From: a virus
IMG/VR virus record: IMGVR_UViG_3300025131_009739
Location: 64,001 to 128,000 of that record
Direction: 5' to 3' (one strand)
Length of the DNA stretch: 64,000 nt
This document shows positions 21,001 through 29,000 of the stretch, piece after piece; the stretch's first letter is position 1; every line of letters starts with the position of its first letter. A model generated the notes under the pieces. It made no database searches. It was given only the letters and a program-made list of their open reading frames with translations, and was not told where the DNA came from. The translations under genes were made by a program, and so were the position numbers.

Positions 21001-22101
21001 ATCCACTGAAGCGGACAGTTTACCGTATCCAACGGCATCTTCCCAATCTGTGCCTTCAGCACCAGATAGTTCAATTATTAATGCCCCTAATGATGCATTA
21101 ATATTTCCACTTACATAACTAGCGCTAGTCCCAACGATGGATTCTGTGTTTAGAACTCCATCAATATATAATCGAACTTTAGTCTGGCCTTCGTCGGTAC
21201 CACTTCCGGTTGGACTAAATGTAAAAGCATAATGATGCCAATTCCTATCAGCAACAGAAGCAGTAGTTAAGCCGGTGCCAATTGAAGCGCTATAAAATCC
21301 GCCGCCGCTTTCCAGGACGGTGCGAGCATCATCATATAAAGCACCTGATAAATATGTTACATAAAATGGAGATTCAGTTTGTCTCGTTGTGGCGGATAAT
21401 TCAATTCTGAAACGACCGTAATATGTACTAGAAGATGCATGATCTGTTGTAACTGCATCAAAAATAACTTCTTTCTTTGTTTTAGAAGGGTCGAACGAAT
21501 GTTTCCATAACCAAAATTCAACTGTATTCCCATCTTCTCCGCCAAATTTTAAATTGGATTCTCTATTTTTACTATAATCATAAATATTAGATTTTCCATC
21601 AGCCGATGGAAATAGCCTAGACATTGAGGAATAATTTGAATCTTTGTGAGGACCTCCTTTGATATAAATGTATTCTGGTGTTTCGGAAAGGCCGTATTCG
21701 TTTTCTGCTGTCATGACGCCCTTCGTCGCGGATAACGTTCCCCAGCCATTAGAAGAAAAAACGGCATATCCTGTTGAACGTGGATAAACATTATCGAAGA
21801 CGTATTGATCTAAAAAGGAAGAACTGTTGTGCCACTGAGTCTTTTCTTTTAAAGAGCCATCATACGGATATGTTTTGTAAATTCTTTTAATCGACTCAGC
21901 ATAATATTCTTCAGCAGAACCAAATCTAACAAAGTTCTCTGGTTTCGAAAAATCTATATAAGGTATAAAACGATCTTTTTCTTTTATTTTTTCTCGTATA
22001 AAATCAGCTGATTCTATTTCATTTCCCAAGCCATCTAAAGATGCTGACGAAGCGATTCTACTAATAGGCTCTTGTTTATTAAAATAGTCTTTGGTACTCA
22101 T
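12001..22101 (-). CDS. Giant virion protein with N-terminal LamG/concanavalin-A-like lectin domain(s)
   Basis: 3366 aa. TVEFWLW...NWHHYAFTF...VRLYIDG...SVDEFRFWK is the LamG-like signature. A second similar unit follows (TLEAEIIF...KWNFAV...ISSVRYW). The gene lies directly downstream of the baseplate genes. Confidence 0.65.
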   Translation of the reverse strand: MSTKDYFNKQEPISRIASSASLDGLGNEIESADFIREKIKEKDRFIPYIDFSKPENFVRFGSAEEYYAESIKRIYKTYPYDGSLKEKTQWHNSSSFLDQYVFDNVYPRSTGYAVFSSNGWGTLSATKGVMTAENEYGLSETPEYIYIKGGPHKDSNYSSMSRLFPSADGKSNIYDYSKNRESNLKFGGEDGNTVEFWLWKHSFDPSKTKKEVIFDAVTTDHASSSTYYGRFRIELSATTRQTESPFYVTYLSGALYDDARTVLESGGGFYSASIGTGLTTASVADRNWHHYAFTFSPTGSGTDEGQTKVRLYIDGVLNTESIVGTSASYVSGNINASLGALIIELSGAEGTDWEDAVGYGKLSASVDEFRFWKAERSPKAVGRHWFTQVHGGTNTDDSNTQLGVYYKFNEGITVTSSFDSKVLDYSGRISSGSWEGYLSTSRNTGSAIVSASASTREFEDPILYSFHTNVTSTLDTYSKLGKNFDYTNNASIYNSFPEWITSEDRYVGSNLLKLSQIMASYFDTLAQQIKALPSIKNQSYVSYPSSFLHTASGPTGSGEYKPLPFANRLLESAGLTTPEIFLDADIISKLSARDEKKLFEDDLYDTKNLIYQNLYNNLVYIYKSKGTEKSFRNAIRCFGIDDELIKINVYANNITYELKDSYNYTVQKKNFIDFHKPDHNTAVVYQATASSNSNSVSFISGSEEFLSGSARTLEAEIIFPRRETVEKPGQFILAPSLTSSLFGTKGAVSIPDSAQSAQVEASWPVSDTGDLRVYAVKDTNDILSTNAYFKLTSSIMAINITSSVFYDVYENEKWNFAVRVRPSTYPMATRVSGTNNAYIHGSGTIEFCGVNASNNAIRNEFYITKSIGIPYDSVPASRVNHWIGSPKRVYAGALRTNFTGALEEYTDVKISSVRYWLDYLPDEVIKVHALDAGNAGVLHPYDYAYLFNAPTASLCYIPRIETLALDWDFDRVTGSDARGEFVVEDISSGSTALTGRYGPVGNILNAQHTGIGYGFLVSNAKVVDKNYLPSARQRLPESVASSDMIEIRNRDDINFTRETRPITHFIAVEKSMYQTISEEMLKMFATIKDFNSLIGDPVNRYRQSYKRMEKLRQLFFERVESVSDLDRYVEFYKWLDSSIDKIIEQFFPISSDTSESIRNMVESHVLERNKYWSKFPTLEMKHDIPTGQILAINELLYPWKQGHAPIEFYLAADSNATAFDVLDLGSSQPAYPGAGVVHGDSFYITISDAAGGGDGASSGNKVHIVVYNSVPGGDPPANAIRIAGAGNDAVATTYLIAAINGTDAPGFDGDSIKYGSEITGGTTGLKGITAILGSSDTKITLVVDQAGPHGRTIVLANGAVGGMVQNSPFITYPSSATENINCLWWKDRLGRDGQTHLGSTSDAGLNSSKESIRTIATTIVSSSGPTYRSNPYVYRKLTKPYKFSAKVDVELHGGINFAPSKRLDFYKSLLTPGSDNYIHIKSSDFVNPACSDLLDLDKKTRQAFNVYLPYDEQNKGEIYAPFSLFSSSFTTGSVTAISGVGGPTNIHVDAYGTCKETPMQGPFTEKYVGGMPHRHVFFTTTGAFGTASPSRREEAWSVVLPAYSEIGYATELKLVPVDHVVQAVADQDAPGWSAARSWIARDGYAKRPVNIKNIQQTIGHTTTGSTVIGNYTKNYEVVQTSGRSTNPRYFAETKGAISGSVVSTLVSGVYDFALPDRGRHASVFVEKFSAPGGPEVMSRGFLDIVAEEFSVYNSLNNRNLSVRQPLQTLLTRHAGTGGYDSSLKEPSASYHKVHRNRRAKIVFSSSGHIVAPKFAGTASSYDNWYVTRVIPRSDLQYAWITASVHHVTGVTTEPLSLGVTPADPARPKADFTVLGYQKPAYMRSGSEEHNAYNAWNASTDIVFVSASDFGVAWYNAGAVRTWGVPFAEAIQGDIGGFHPTDFVGLNTIIYEPISSSTNTLGWPNDTGAPGNNDSLQHPHGAYLGWTAYHESPTYINGTDNATSHGRGFVTNYDPIGASEANTAGLAHNPRRDPEAFNALMLHRNGPYHYPSWKQIRTGEHPVARYHKKKNLLDFSIGPVASERSPTKLEKLFTPADAQTELRYGTNGYTDNILQELKKVGAKSPVRKETITPVTNKYKPIEHTLFDISVDDVEQQRIVLARGGKANNVFTFRHTLGNNMNYFPIGQGELDQKLGIINDPDQVIYDEITNEINPVFQQEKSFDLLNLNYREIVFPKEENAYLGKIRGRQHYTESSGLTHQGYDRRDYRTFWRTRPEHRLRTDALALNSMGNTIRESMWNDDTTGYIFKYGQIDRNKGIGPSEHDFQNGLEMIPPCLSMWPLDASAESGTLCGELFSNPYASMTASNAIVANTLKTDSVHYSLRSVPTASQTYLFQNKYMSMTPIANFETFIPPKYLHIIQHDSWDADQGISGAHFKPHYSASLLSGKSPFYDSYDQWAVDVRTMGQGYSILPEFKISDHMDYYIDNGFAATNKKFLSLVGALHTASSDTPISTGNLPFYKLYSHSDFMKFVELIGNDYQKDVKGRAKEFTLKCKAVKKLLPYNGFYPVLRCVQLGSMFSQSYGPHLTSSIAFAGKTPQVHPQEQLQSLLQPWFAPGIMYNTIKSGIAVDWPHWTGSLPNAIGFAGMGYLTQTGSDDVGTEGLEYEKIHNIRFPFESLIEPHTYLPVSHSGDHGVGSEIPLIHPPGLAGEITDLTQGKHALWTGDYTPNYSMAMHNFLGEIPRFFLDKGKFQSFTSTPGRFQMLSGTTYFMDVTLRKSGKKYSMSGSAVDKPPGHNPYEDMIMFEGPDFPFKAGRSSGDLAFNKQDMQSGSARGIHYGPTCQTHNYPLDPITSLVYVAAQTQDPAFAPYTPPYFYGKSVARLAFSPHKHRLLLSAVDLHSSHGELAEFTIEEVIAGAQVETTYDPNWRESWNLLKDYGSGSFQIGEEGQGNESLAFKSKMRVASSINLFGRTTVPEITYNPITGQAIEAKASKGDESLDAWVISPKFETPILNFSGNIDTNLGYSTRGMWYGYGVEPTGSQGIYMGLRESHPTAILKAMLGGAGENALHGIGTQPSDETRLGHRQTGSLYQVLGFKEPSGLVGPDRKLGQIADNKIISEAVVAIPIRSNYDEGTSPFFPITRRHIDYAQLLQRSPETNLDDLAKRAAAFGSSVPSKAITEMVNKMSKYYLPPHMNFIKNRSIDPFAMFIFEFHHCLKKQDLIDIWQNLMPKIATEAQKDEASITLDLAASWDFLNLNTMPKDVRWMVFKVKKKAEQSYFNVTEDTKDDKRFKFEFGDEKLKKPDYNYNWPYDFFSLVELVQVEAEYKLRGAIGDDVATLSDVAGNVNLPWLPPIPPQKPPPGSEVPGT

Positions 22102-22103
22102 GG

Positions 22104-23762
22104 TTATTCAACTCTAAATTTAAATATTTCTGGTTGTTCGCGATAAGCACCATTTGTGTAATATGCAAACTTTATTCCGTAGGTGTAATCGGGTTCTAAC
22201 ATGTTCATTTTTAAATCAAAATAATTTCCATTTGAATCGTAAGAAAGCTGAGTATAGGGCATATTACTTGGAGGAGGGAAAGTTATAGTACTACTTCCAG
22301 TTCCATATGTGATTATATTTAAGTCATCAGTTACTCTAAAGATTTTATAATATGCTTTTTCAATAACGACAGGGTCAATTGTCGTAACAACTGTTGTATA
22401 GACATTTGGATTCCAATACCTGTCGCGAACGAAAACTCTGAAGCGGGCTTCTTCATCTCTAAAATATGTTGATTTAAGATTAGTAATTTTAGTAACATAT
22501 GATGGATTTGGGTTAAAAGTTTCTGCAGATGATGAAAATTGTTTCGTTTTTATAGAGCCGGTGTAATATACTGTAGCATCGTCGATATCTACACCAGCAG
22601 AACCACTAAACCATCGATCATAAATAATACTAGCGCTTGTGTTGAGTGCGAAACTTGCTGAATATATCCCAGTTGATACATATCCTCCTGTTACAGCTTG
22701 AGAATTTGCCGGAGGATCATCACCAAGAGTGCTATGTTGTCTCAAATTATACGGGGCATCCGTATTCATTAGTTCTCCATGGGAAGCTGACGTGTAAAAC
22801 TGCACAAATATAACGGGATGGGCCTGGCCTACATCTGGTATATTTCTAAGCTGTCCGCGAACATAATTATATAAATATATTGTATTCAAATTCCCAGATG
22901 CATTTACAAGAGAACTGCTTACATAACAACTGCCCCTATCATCTTTAATTGTCGAATCCCACCTTGCTTCGATGCAAGGCCTTTTAAAGAAATATTCTGA
23001 TGTTCTAGAAAAGAATTTTTTGGTATAATAAGAATTTTTTGTTCCCGCAGCATTGTGTAGTACAGAACCAGTATCGGCTCCTGTTGAACTAGAAAAATAT
23101 CCCTCTTGGCTGGAGGTAAAATATACTCCTATCCCATAATTATGTTTGCCGTCGTTATTGTGGTTTGCTCCGCCAACAAGCCAATGCTCCACCAAACCAG
23201 TTATATCTACGTCTAAATCTTCATCTCCATTAGGAAAACTAGCAGTATAATGTACATGACCAGAAGCAGTATGATATGAGCCTCCTTTATTTGCCCATAG
23301 ATCTAGACCGGAAGATGCGGTACTGGCATTAATCCAATTGGTACCAACAAAATCTCTAGTTATATCGGTATAGCCTTCCATATCAAGACCAGTGCCTTCA
23401 TCCCATGATTGGGAAATAGGCAATATAGTTAAAATTGCACTTTGTGGAAGAGTAAATGCATGCTTTGCATTGAACATTCTTGCATAAAAACTTACGCTAC
23501 CACTTGCTGGAATTTCGCCATTATCTCGAGAAGAAGAAATAGTAGAAACAGGAAATTTAATTAATATTCTTGACAACTCAACAGAGCCAGAAGATGCGTC
23601 ACTATATTGGCCGCCGCCGCCTTGAGCGTAAATTGAAAATGTTTCTAAAACATCAGAAGCCCCCATATTAGAGCCGGTGCCTCTGTGTGCCTCTGAAAGG
23701 CCTGGGCCAAAAGCATTTGTTATAGTAGTATCTGCGTCCGCTGTGAATCTTCTAATGCCCAT
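22104..23762 (-). CDS. Putative virion structural protein (beta-sandwich, DNRLRE-like N-terminus)
   Basis: 552 aa. The pattern ADADTTI...SRILIKF...PISQSWDEG...DVDIT.LV.HW...N.G resembles DNRLRE-type domains. The gene is coupled to the baseplate wedge gene. Confidence 0.5.
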   Translation of the reverse strand: MGIRRFTADADTTITNAFGPGLSEAHRGTGSNMGASDVLETFSIYAQGGGGQYSDASSGSVELSRILIKFPVSTISSSRDNGEIPASGSVSFYARMFNAKHAFTLPQSAILTILPISQSWDEGTGLDMEGYTDITRDFVGTNWINASTASSGLDLWANKGGSYHTASGHVHYTASFPNGDEDLDVDITGLVEHWLVGGANHNNDGKHNYGIGVYFTSSQEGYFSSSTGADTGSVLHNAAGTKNSYYTKKFFSRTSEYFFKRPCIEARWDSTIKDDRGSCYVSSSLVNASGNLNTIYLYNYVRGQLRNIPDVGQAHPVIFVQFYTSASHGELMNTDAPYNLRQHSTLGDDPPANSQAVTGGYVSTGIYSASFALNTSASIIYDRWFSGSAGVDIDDATVYYTGSIKTKQFSSSAETFNPNPSYVTKITNLKSTYFRDEEARFRVFVRDRYWNPNVYTTVVTTIDPVVIEKAYYKIFRVTDDLNIITYGTGSSTITFPPPSNMPYTQLSYDSNGNYFDLKMNMLEPDYTYGIKFAYYTNGAYREQPEIFKFRVE

Positions 23763-25579
23763 TATTTTACAGTACCTCTGATATCTTGATCTGGATATTT
23801 CATTTCAAATATTACATCTTCATGAGCCTGCAAAAGTCTTCCATCTATAGTTGTGTTGTTTTCAATATTGTATCCAAACCCAGAGTACAATCCCCCACTT
23901 TTATTTACTATTTTAACATCTAATGTATCGACAACTCCTGGAACTGAGTTTAAAACTTTAAATAAATTTGTAATACCGATAGATTGGCCGACATCAAATT
24001 CCACGTCCAGTGCAGATTTTAATTGTGATACGGCAATAGACAAAACATCATATTTGTTAATATCTTGACTTCCCAATATTCTAAATTCAACTCCAAAATT
24101 AACAATTTTTGCATCAAGAATATCAATTGTATCATTTATCATCTTATGGCTATTCAGCCAAGTTTTTAAATTTGTTTTCACTATCGTGTTCGTTTGAACC
24201 AAATTATTATTTCTATCTTGAGATACAACGTACATATTTAAATTTCTTTTAAAAGAATCATGATCTTTTACAATAGAACATTTCTTGATTGCGCCATATG
24301 GCGCAGGCATTGAGTAAGCAGCAATTATATAATCTTGTTTTGTGACAGCTCTATTCTGTGCAGAAAAAGAATCTTTAACTCTCTGTCTTAATTCTTCCAA
24401 CTCTGGTAATGTAACTGCGCCCAGCACCCTTTCTTCATTCGTCACCTCCAAACTGTCAATAACTTCAAAAACTGTGTTAGGATTTAATAATGCTCTATCT
24501 TCAAAATTTAGTTCTTTGCTTATTATGGTGTTTAATGAGCCAACCGAAGTATTAACAGTGTCGTTATTATTTGTTCTGTATACAATAGTCAATGTAGTGT
24601 TAGACGGCGCGATGCCGAACTTATCTGTCGCTATTAAATTGCCAGGATCTAGAGTATTATCCGTAACATGGTTTCTACCGTGAACTTTTAATATTAATTC
24701 GCTTGGATCTGCCACAGAATCATTGAATATTTCTGAATCTGAACCATAGCCAAACTGCACATAAGTTCCATCTATTTCATGTTCAACTATAAATCTTCTT
24801 GGCACTGGCACTGGTTTAAGAATATTATCTGCTTGTTCTCGATCACCTCGATTAATAACTGGAACATAAATCATATTTTGAGATAAATAATCAACTTCAA
24901 AGTACGAATGACCTTCTGAATCAAATATAGAAACAATTTCAGTTATATTTGTGTCTGCTAATTTAAGTCTTAAAAATTTCTGAAAATCTCCAACGGGAAC
25001 TAGTTCTTGCTGCAATCTTCCTGAGATTACTTGGCCGTGCGCTTTAATCGCATAATGTGTTGGGGCGCCGGTGGAGGAATTAACTCTTGCCACAACTATT
25101 TCATTTTTGGGGCTGCCAAAATCAACATCCCCGCTCAATGTAAATATTGCTCCGTCCTGTGAAGATAGTTCCGCTCCCCTTTTTAACATTGGCATATATT
25201 TTGTATCGGGGCTAAGACCAACAGAAGTTGCCGGAACCATCAAATAAAAACTTACAATTCCTGTGGCAGAAAAATTTCTTTGAAACTTATAGCCTAAATT
25301 TTTACCATGCCTTATCACATTGTTGTATTCGAGCGACGTGTCAATAAAAGACTCATTTGCCTGATAGTCTAAATAAAATGATAAAATATCTCCAACATAA
25401 GCTACAGTATCAAGCATCAAAGCTCCAAATGAGGCGTCATTAAAATCTTTATAACTATCTGAATAATACCTTTTAGCGTATTCTACTAAATCATTTTTAA
25501 TAGATTGATAATCTCTACTAGTGTACTTAATTGAGGTTAGTTGTCTAGACTTGTCAGATCTTGATATTTTTTTAGCCAT
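23762..25579 (-). CDS. Baseplate wedge subunit (T4 gp6 / baseplate J-like)
   Basis: 605 aa. YTSRDYQSIKNDL..Y....YKDFNDASFGALMLDTVAYVGDILSFYLDYQANESF and AQNRAVTKQDY are characteristic gp6-family motifs. The gene is adjacent to a gp25-like gene. Confidence 0.88.
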   Translation of the reverse strand: MAKKISRSDKSRQLTSIKYTSRDYQSIKNDLVEYAKRYYSDSYKDFNDASFGALMLDTVAYVGDILSFYLDYQANESFIDTSLEYNNVIRHGKNLGYKFQRNFSATGIVSFYLMVPATSVGLSPDTKYMPMLKRGAELSSQDGAIFTLSGDVDFGSPKNEIVVARVNSSTGAPTHYAIKAHGQVISGRLQQELVPVGDFQKFLRLKLADTNITEIVSIFDSEGHSYFEVDYLSQNMIYVPVINRGDREQADNILKPVPVPRRFIVEHEIDGTYVQFGYGSDSEIFNDSVADPSELILKVHGRNHVTDNTLDPGNLIATDKFGIAPSNTTLTIVYRTNNNDTVNTSVGSLNTIISKELNFEDRALLNPNTVFEVIDSLEVTNEERVLGAVTLPELEELRQRVKDSFSAQNRAVTKQDYIIAAYSMPAPYGAIKKCSIVKDHDSFKRNLNMYVVSQDRNNNLVQTNTIVKTNLKTWLNSHKMINDTIDILDAKIVNFGVEFRILGSQDINKYDVLSIAVSQLKSALDVEFDVGQSIGITNLFKVLNSVPGVVDTLDVKIVNKSGGLYSGFGYNIENNTTIDGRLLQAHEDVIFEMKYPDQDIRGTVK

Positions 25580-25599
25580 TTATACCAATCCTTTTAGAA

Positions 25600-25606
25600 A
25601 TAATTA
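25600..25606 (-). promoter_or_regulatory. Candidate late-promoter motif TAnTTAT (TAATTAT)
   Basis: 20 nt upstream of ATG 25579, inside a 30-nt gap. Confidence 0.45.
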
Positions 25607-25609
25607 GTA

Positions 25610-25996
25610 TCAAGTAGCAGATATTTCTAGAAGATCGACAACATTAAGATCTGGCACTCTATATTTTATTTTCATGCTCAAGGTGCCCGGCTCAGCCTCT
25701 ACGTGATCTTCAAAACCAATAAAATTAATTTCAAGAAGTTCTACAAAAGGCATATATATCTCTAATTGTTTTTCAATTCTATCAGAAATACCCCCTCTTA
25801 CGGAAACAGTATCTTGTTCAAATAAATATTTTACTAGGCCAACTCCAAAGTGTGGATCCATCATTCTTTCGCCAGGTATAGTTAATAACAAATGTTTAAA
25901 ATTTTGCTTAACCATTTCTATATAAGTTTTAGTAACTTTATATGCTCCATATTCACTATCTAAAACTAACGGTAATTTTGGTGATAATCCGGCCAT
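25610..25996 (-). CDS. Baseplate wedge / sheath-initiation protein (T4 gp25 / GPW family)
   Basis: 128 aa. QNFKHLLLTIPGERMMDPHFGVGL..YLFE...I......YMPFV is the GPW/gp25 signature. Confidence 0.88.
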   Translation of the reverse strand: MAGLSPKLPLVLDSEYGAYKVTKTYIEMVKQNFKHLLLTIPGERMMDPHFGVGLVKYLFEQDTVSVRGGISDRIEKQLEIYMPFVELLEINFIGFEDHVEAEPGTLSMKIKYRVPDLNVVDLLEISAT

Positions 25997-26069
25997 TTTG
26001 GACTCCTATTATTATATAGTTTTAGAGATTCTAAATCTAAAAATATTTTTAAATTTATATATCGAATCT

Positions 26070-29000
26070 TTACTCCGATGGTTCCGGAACCGTGAGTGCC
26101 GAAAGCTGATCAGTCAAGTTTTTAAGGTCTGCTTCTGTGGCGCCGGCTTCTTCCATAATCTTTATAATCTCTTCCAGGGGAGTCGGAGAAACTCTATAGT
26201 CTTTACTTGTATCAAAAGCCCATTTGAGCAATTCTATAACACTATTCTGGCTTATCCCAAACAAAGATTTATCATATGGAGTTATCTCAAGAGATTGTTC
26301 AAAATTTAACATATCTCGTATTGATAATATAGCTACAGCTCTTTGAAGCGGGACGACATAACTAAACAAAAGTTTGAAATCATCTTTTTCCTTCATCTGG
26401 CTGAAGAGATCCCCGAATTTATCTTCATCATATTTTATATCATTCCACATCAAGCCATCGTCCGCTTTTACGTTATGCTCCAGTATTGGTAATACAATAA
26501 CTTTATGACCTATTCCTTCGCCCCCAGTTGCCTCCGGTATAAATTCTCCAACTTCTTTCATAAAAAACGATTTTTCACGTTTCATTGCATCGTATGTATC
26601 AACTGCATGTATTTTTAAATTTGTTTGGAAATTAAAAGTCTGCCCGTCAAAGCTCGTGGAGTCGGTCCATGCATCGCCGGCGTCGCGGCCGGGCTGCCAC
26701 ATTGCTTTTAGTGTGTCATTTATAGTGCCCCAGAAACTTTCTCTACCTTGCCTACCGCCGTTTTTTATTGCTGAAAGTGGGTAACGTCTCCAGCTGCTGC
26801 TACTTTTATCTTGAGGAACAACATATGATAAACGCAAACCATAGTCTACATCAGCAAAACCGTTGGGCCCCGTCAAAGGCTTATCTTTCAAGCTTTCCAG
26901 ATCTGGAGGTGTGGCTCCTGGAATCTTTATGATAGTACTATTTTCAGAAGAATCCATGGTAAAAATACCCAACGGTGATGGGGCAGCGGCCATGGGCGTA
27001 TGTGTGTCAGAACTTATAAAGTCTAATGTCGATTCCCATAATCCTTTCTTATAATATTGTAAAGCCCAGTATAGATGCCCACCAAACAAAGCTGTCCAAT
27101 TTTCCCCAATCGTTGCATCTGTATGCAGACCGCCTTCGGTCCAGTTGATATCTTGTTTGTGTTTGGTGTCTTTTTTTGTCCAACGCTGATCCCATGGAAT
27201 TGTATATTTGTCATGGGCGGCGTCCGGGTTCCCGTGGGATCTCTGAAAGTCTCCCAGCTCATACGGATAACAAAGAAGCTTAGCCATGGATCTCAATATT
27301 TCTGTAGGTATGGGATCTTTATATTTAAGGCCGGCTGATGTTCGGAATGGTGCTTGGTTGTGCGTAGTTATGCCTATGGGCTGGCCTACGGGGTTGGCGG
27401 TGAGCCGGTGAGTGCCGAAGAGTTCCCGTTCATCCTCGTGGAGCCAATCAAATTTAGAGATATAGTTACTGGCAAGGTTAGGTATCTTTAAAGACCATTG
27501 CGTCGTGGTTGCGTCTTTCTGTATATAACTGGTATTGTACACCATATAAGCTGGATCGGGGCATTGCGACTCAACGTCGATGTCGAAGGTCTCGGTCCCT
27601 TTGCCACACAGCCCGTCGTACTTCGGATTATTAGATATGCCCCAATTTGTGGCGCCGCTGTTGGGATCGCTTTCTTTGTCGCGCCATCGCAGTTGCATAT
27701 CTACCATTTTTATTAAATCAATAAGTGTTGTAGGTATATGAAGATTCAACCTTGGATCGTTTGGCTGCGGGACCGGGTACATGCCCTTCATCGTTTTACC
27801 ACCCTCTGTCTGGTCGACGGCGTGTTTCCACATTGGCCCGGGCCGGCGAAGCCCGGTGCGGAAGTCCACGGTCTTGTCAAGAAAGCCTTTTCTTTTGACA
27901 AAATCATAAAGATTTCCCTGGGCACGTTTGGGAAATTTACTAAATCCAGCTTTGTCAGTGTCATGAGGATCGAAGTAAAAAGCAGTTAAATCACCAAAGT
28001 GATATCTAGAATAAAATCTAAAAGCAATTGTTTCTAAGTCGCGTTTTTCTTGCGGAGTCAGAAAATCGAAATCGTACATTTTGGCGCCTCCACCTGCAGG
28101 AGAATCGTATTCGACGTTCATGAAATCACCGATTTGGGGCGGCTGTTTGACGGTCTGCGGAATTGGGTCGTTATCGTTACTACTATGTGACATGCCGTAG
28201 GGCTCGTCTTCGAGGCTACGAAGACCCGGAGGGATATTAAATGGCTTTCCGGCGTCGTCTTCGGCGCGCCCGGAGCCACCCTCAACATAGCCCTCAAACT
28301 CCGCAGGAAGTTTAGGGTCCTTCAACTGAAATTCAAGCAATCTTTCCATAAGAGCTATGTGTCTTTGTATTTCAGCAGATCTAGAAACTACCATTTTTTT
28401 AGGATCGTCGGGTTGGAATTCTGCGAGTTCTGCGCTGAGTTCAATATCGTTGTCTTTAAGGAAGTCGGCCATTTGGGCAGCTTTTGAACCATTAGAAACC
28501 AGGTCTCGTGCATCGCGGGTGATGTTTAGAAGTGAATCATATCCTTCTTTATCGCCGTAACATTGCTCGCCGTCATTGTATACTTTATCGGAAAGTTCTT
28601 GTAGTCTTTCGTTAAAGCCCTCCGGGTCAAAAAGCTGAGCCCAATCAAACACCGAGGCCGCCTTATGTTTAGGATTCATGTTCCCAAAATAAGTAAAGAA
28701 ATTACCAATAGCCTCTGTAAACTCTTCTGGATTCAAATAAGCTGGGAATTTTTCGCCGTCTTTAAGCCAGCCGGCTACAGGATTTCCTCGATGTTCAATT
28801 GGCAAATAATTAGCCCATGCATCAAAAAATTGTTTAGATAAATTTTTGTCTTTTATTGTCTCTTTTAAATTACTCTTAAACTTAATTTTTATATATTTTT
28901 CTAAAATAAACCCACTGGCTTCTTGTTCCCCCCTATCATTAAAAAATCTTGGAAGTGCATGTAAATTATTTGTCAAATGATATTTTGCCAGCTGGGCTGC

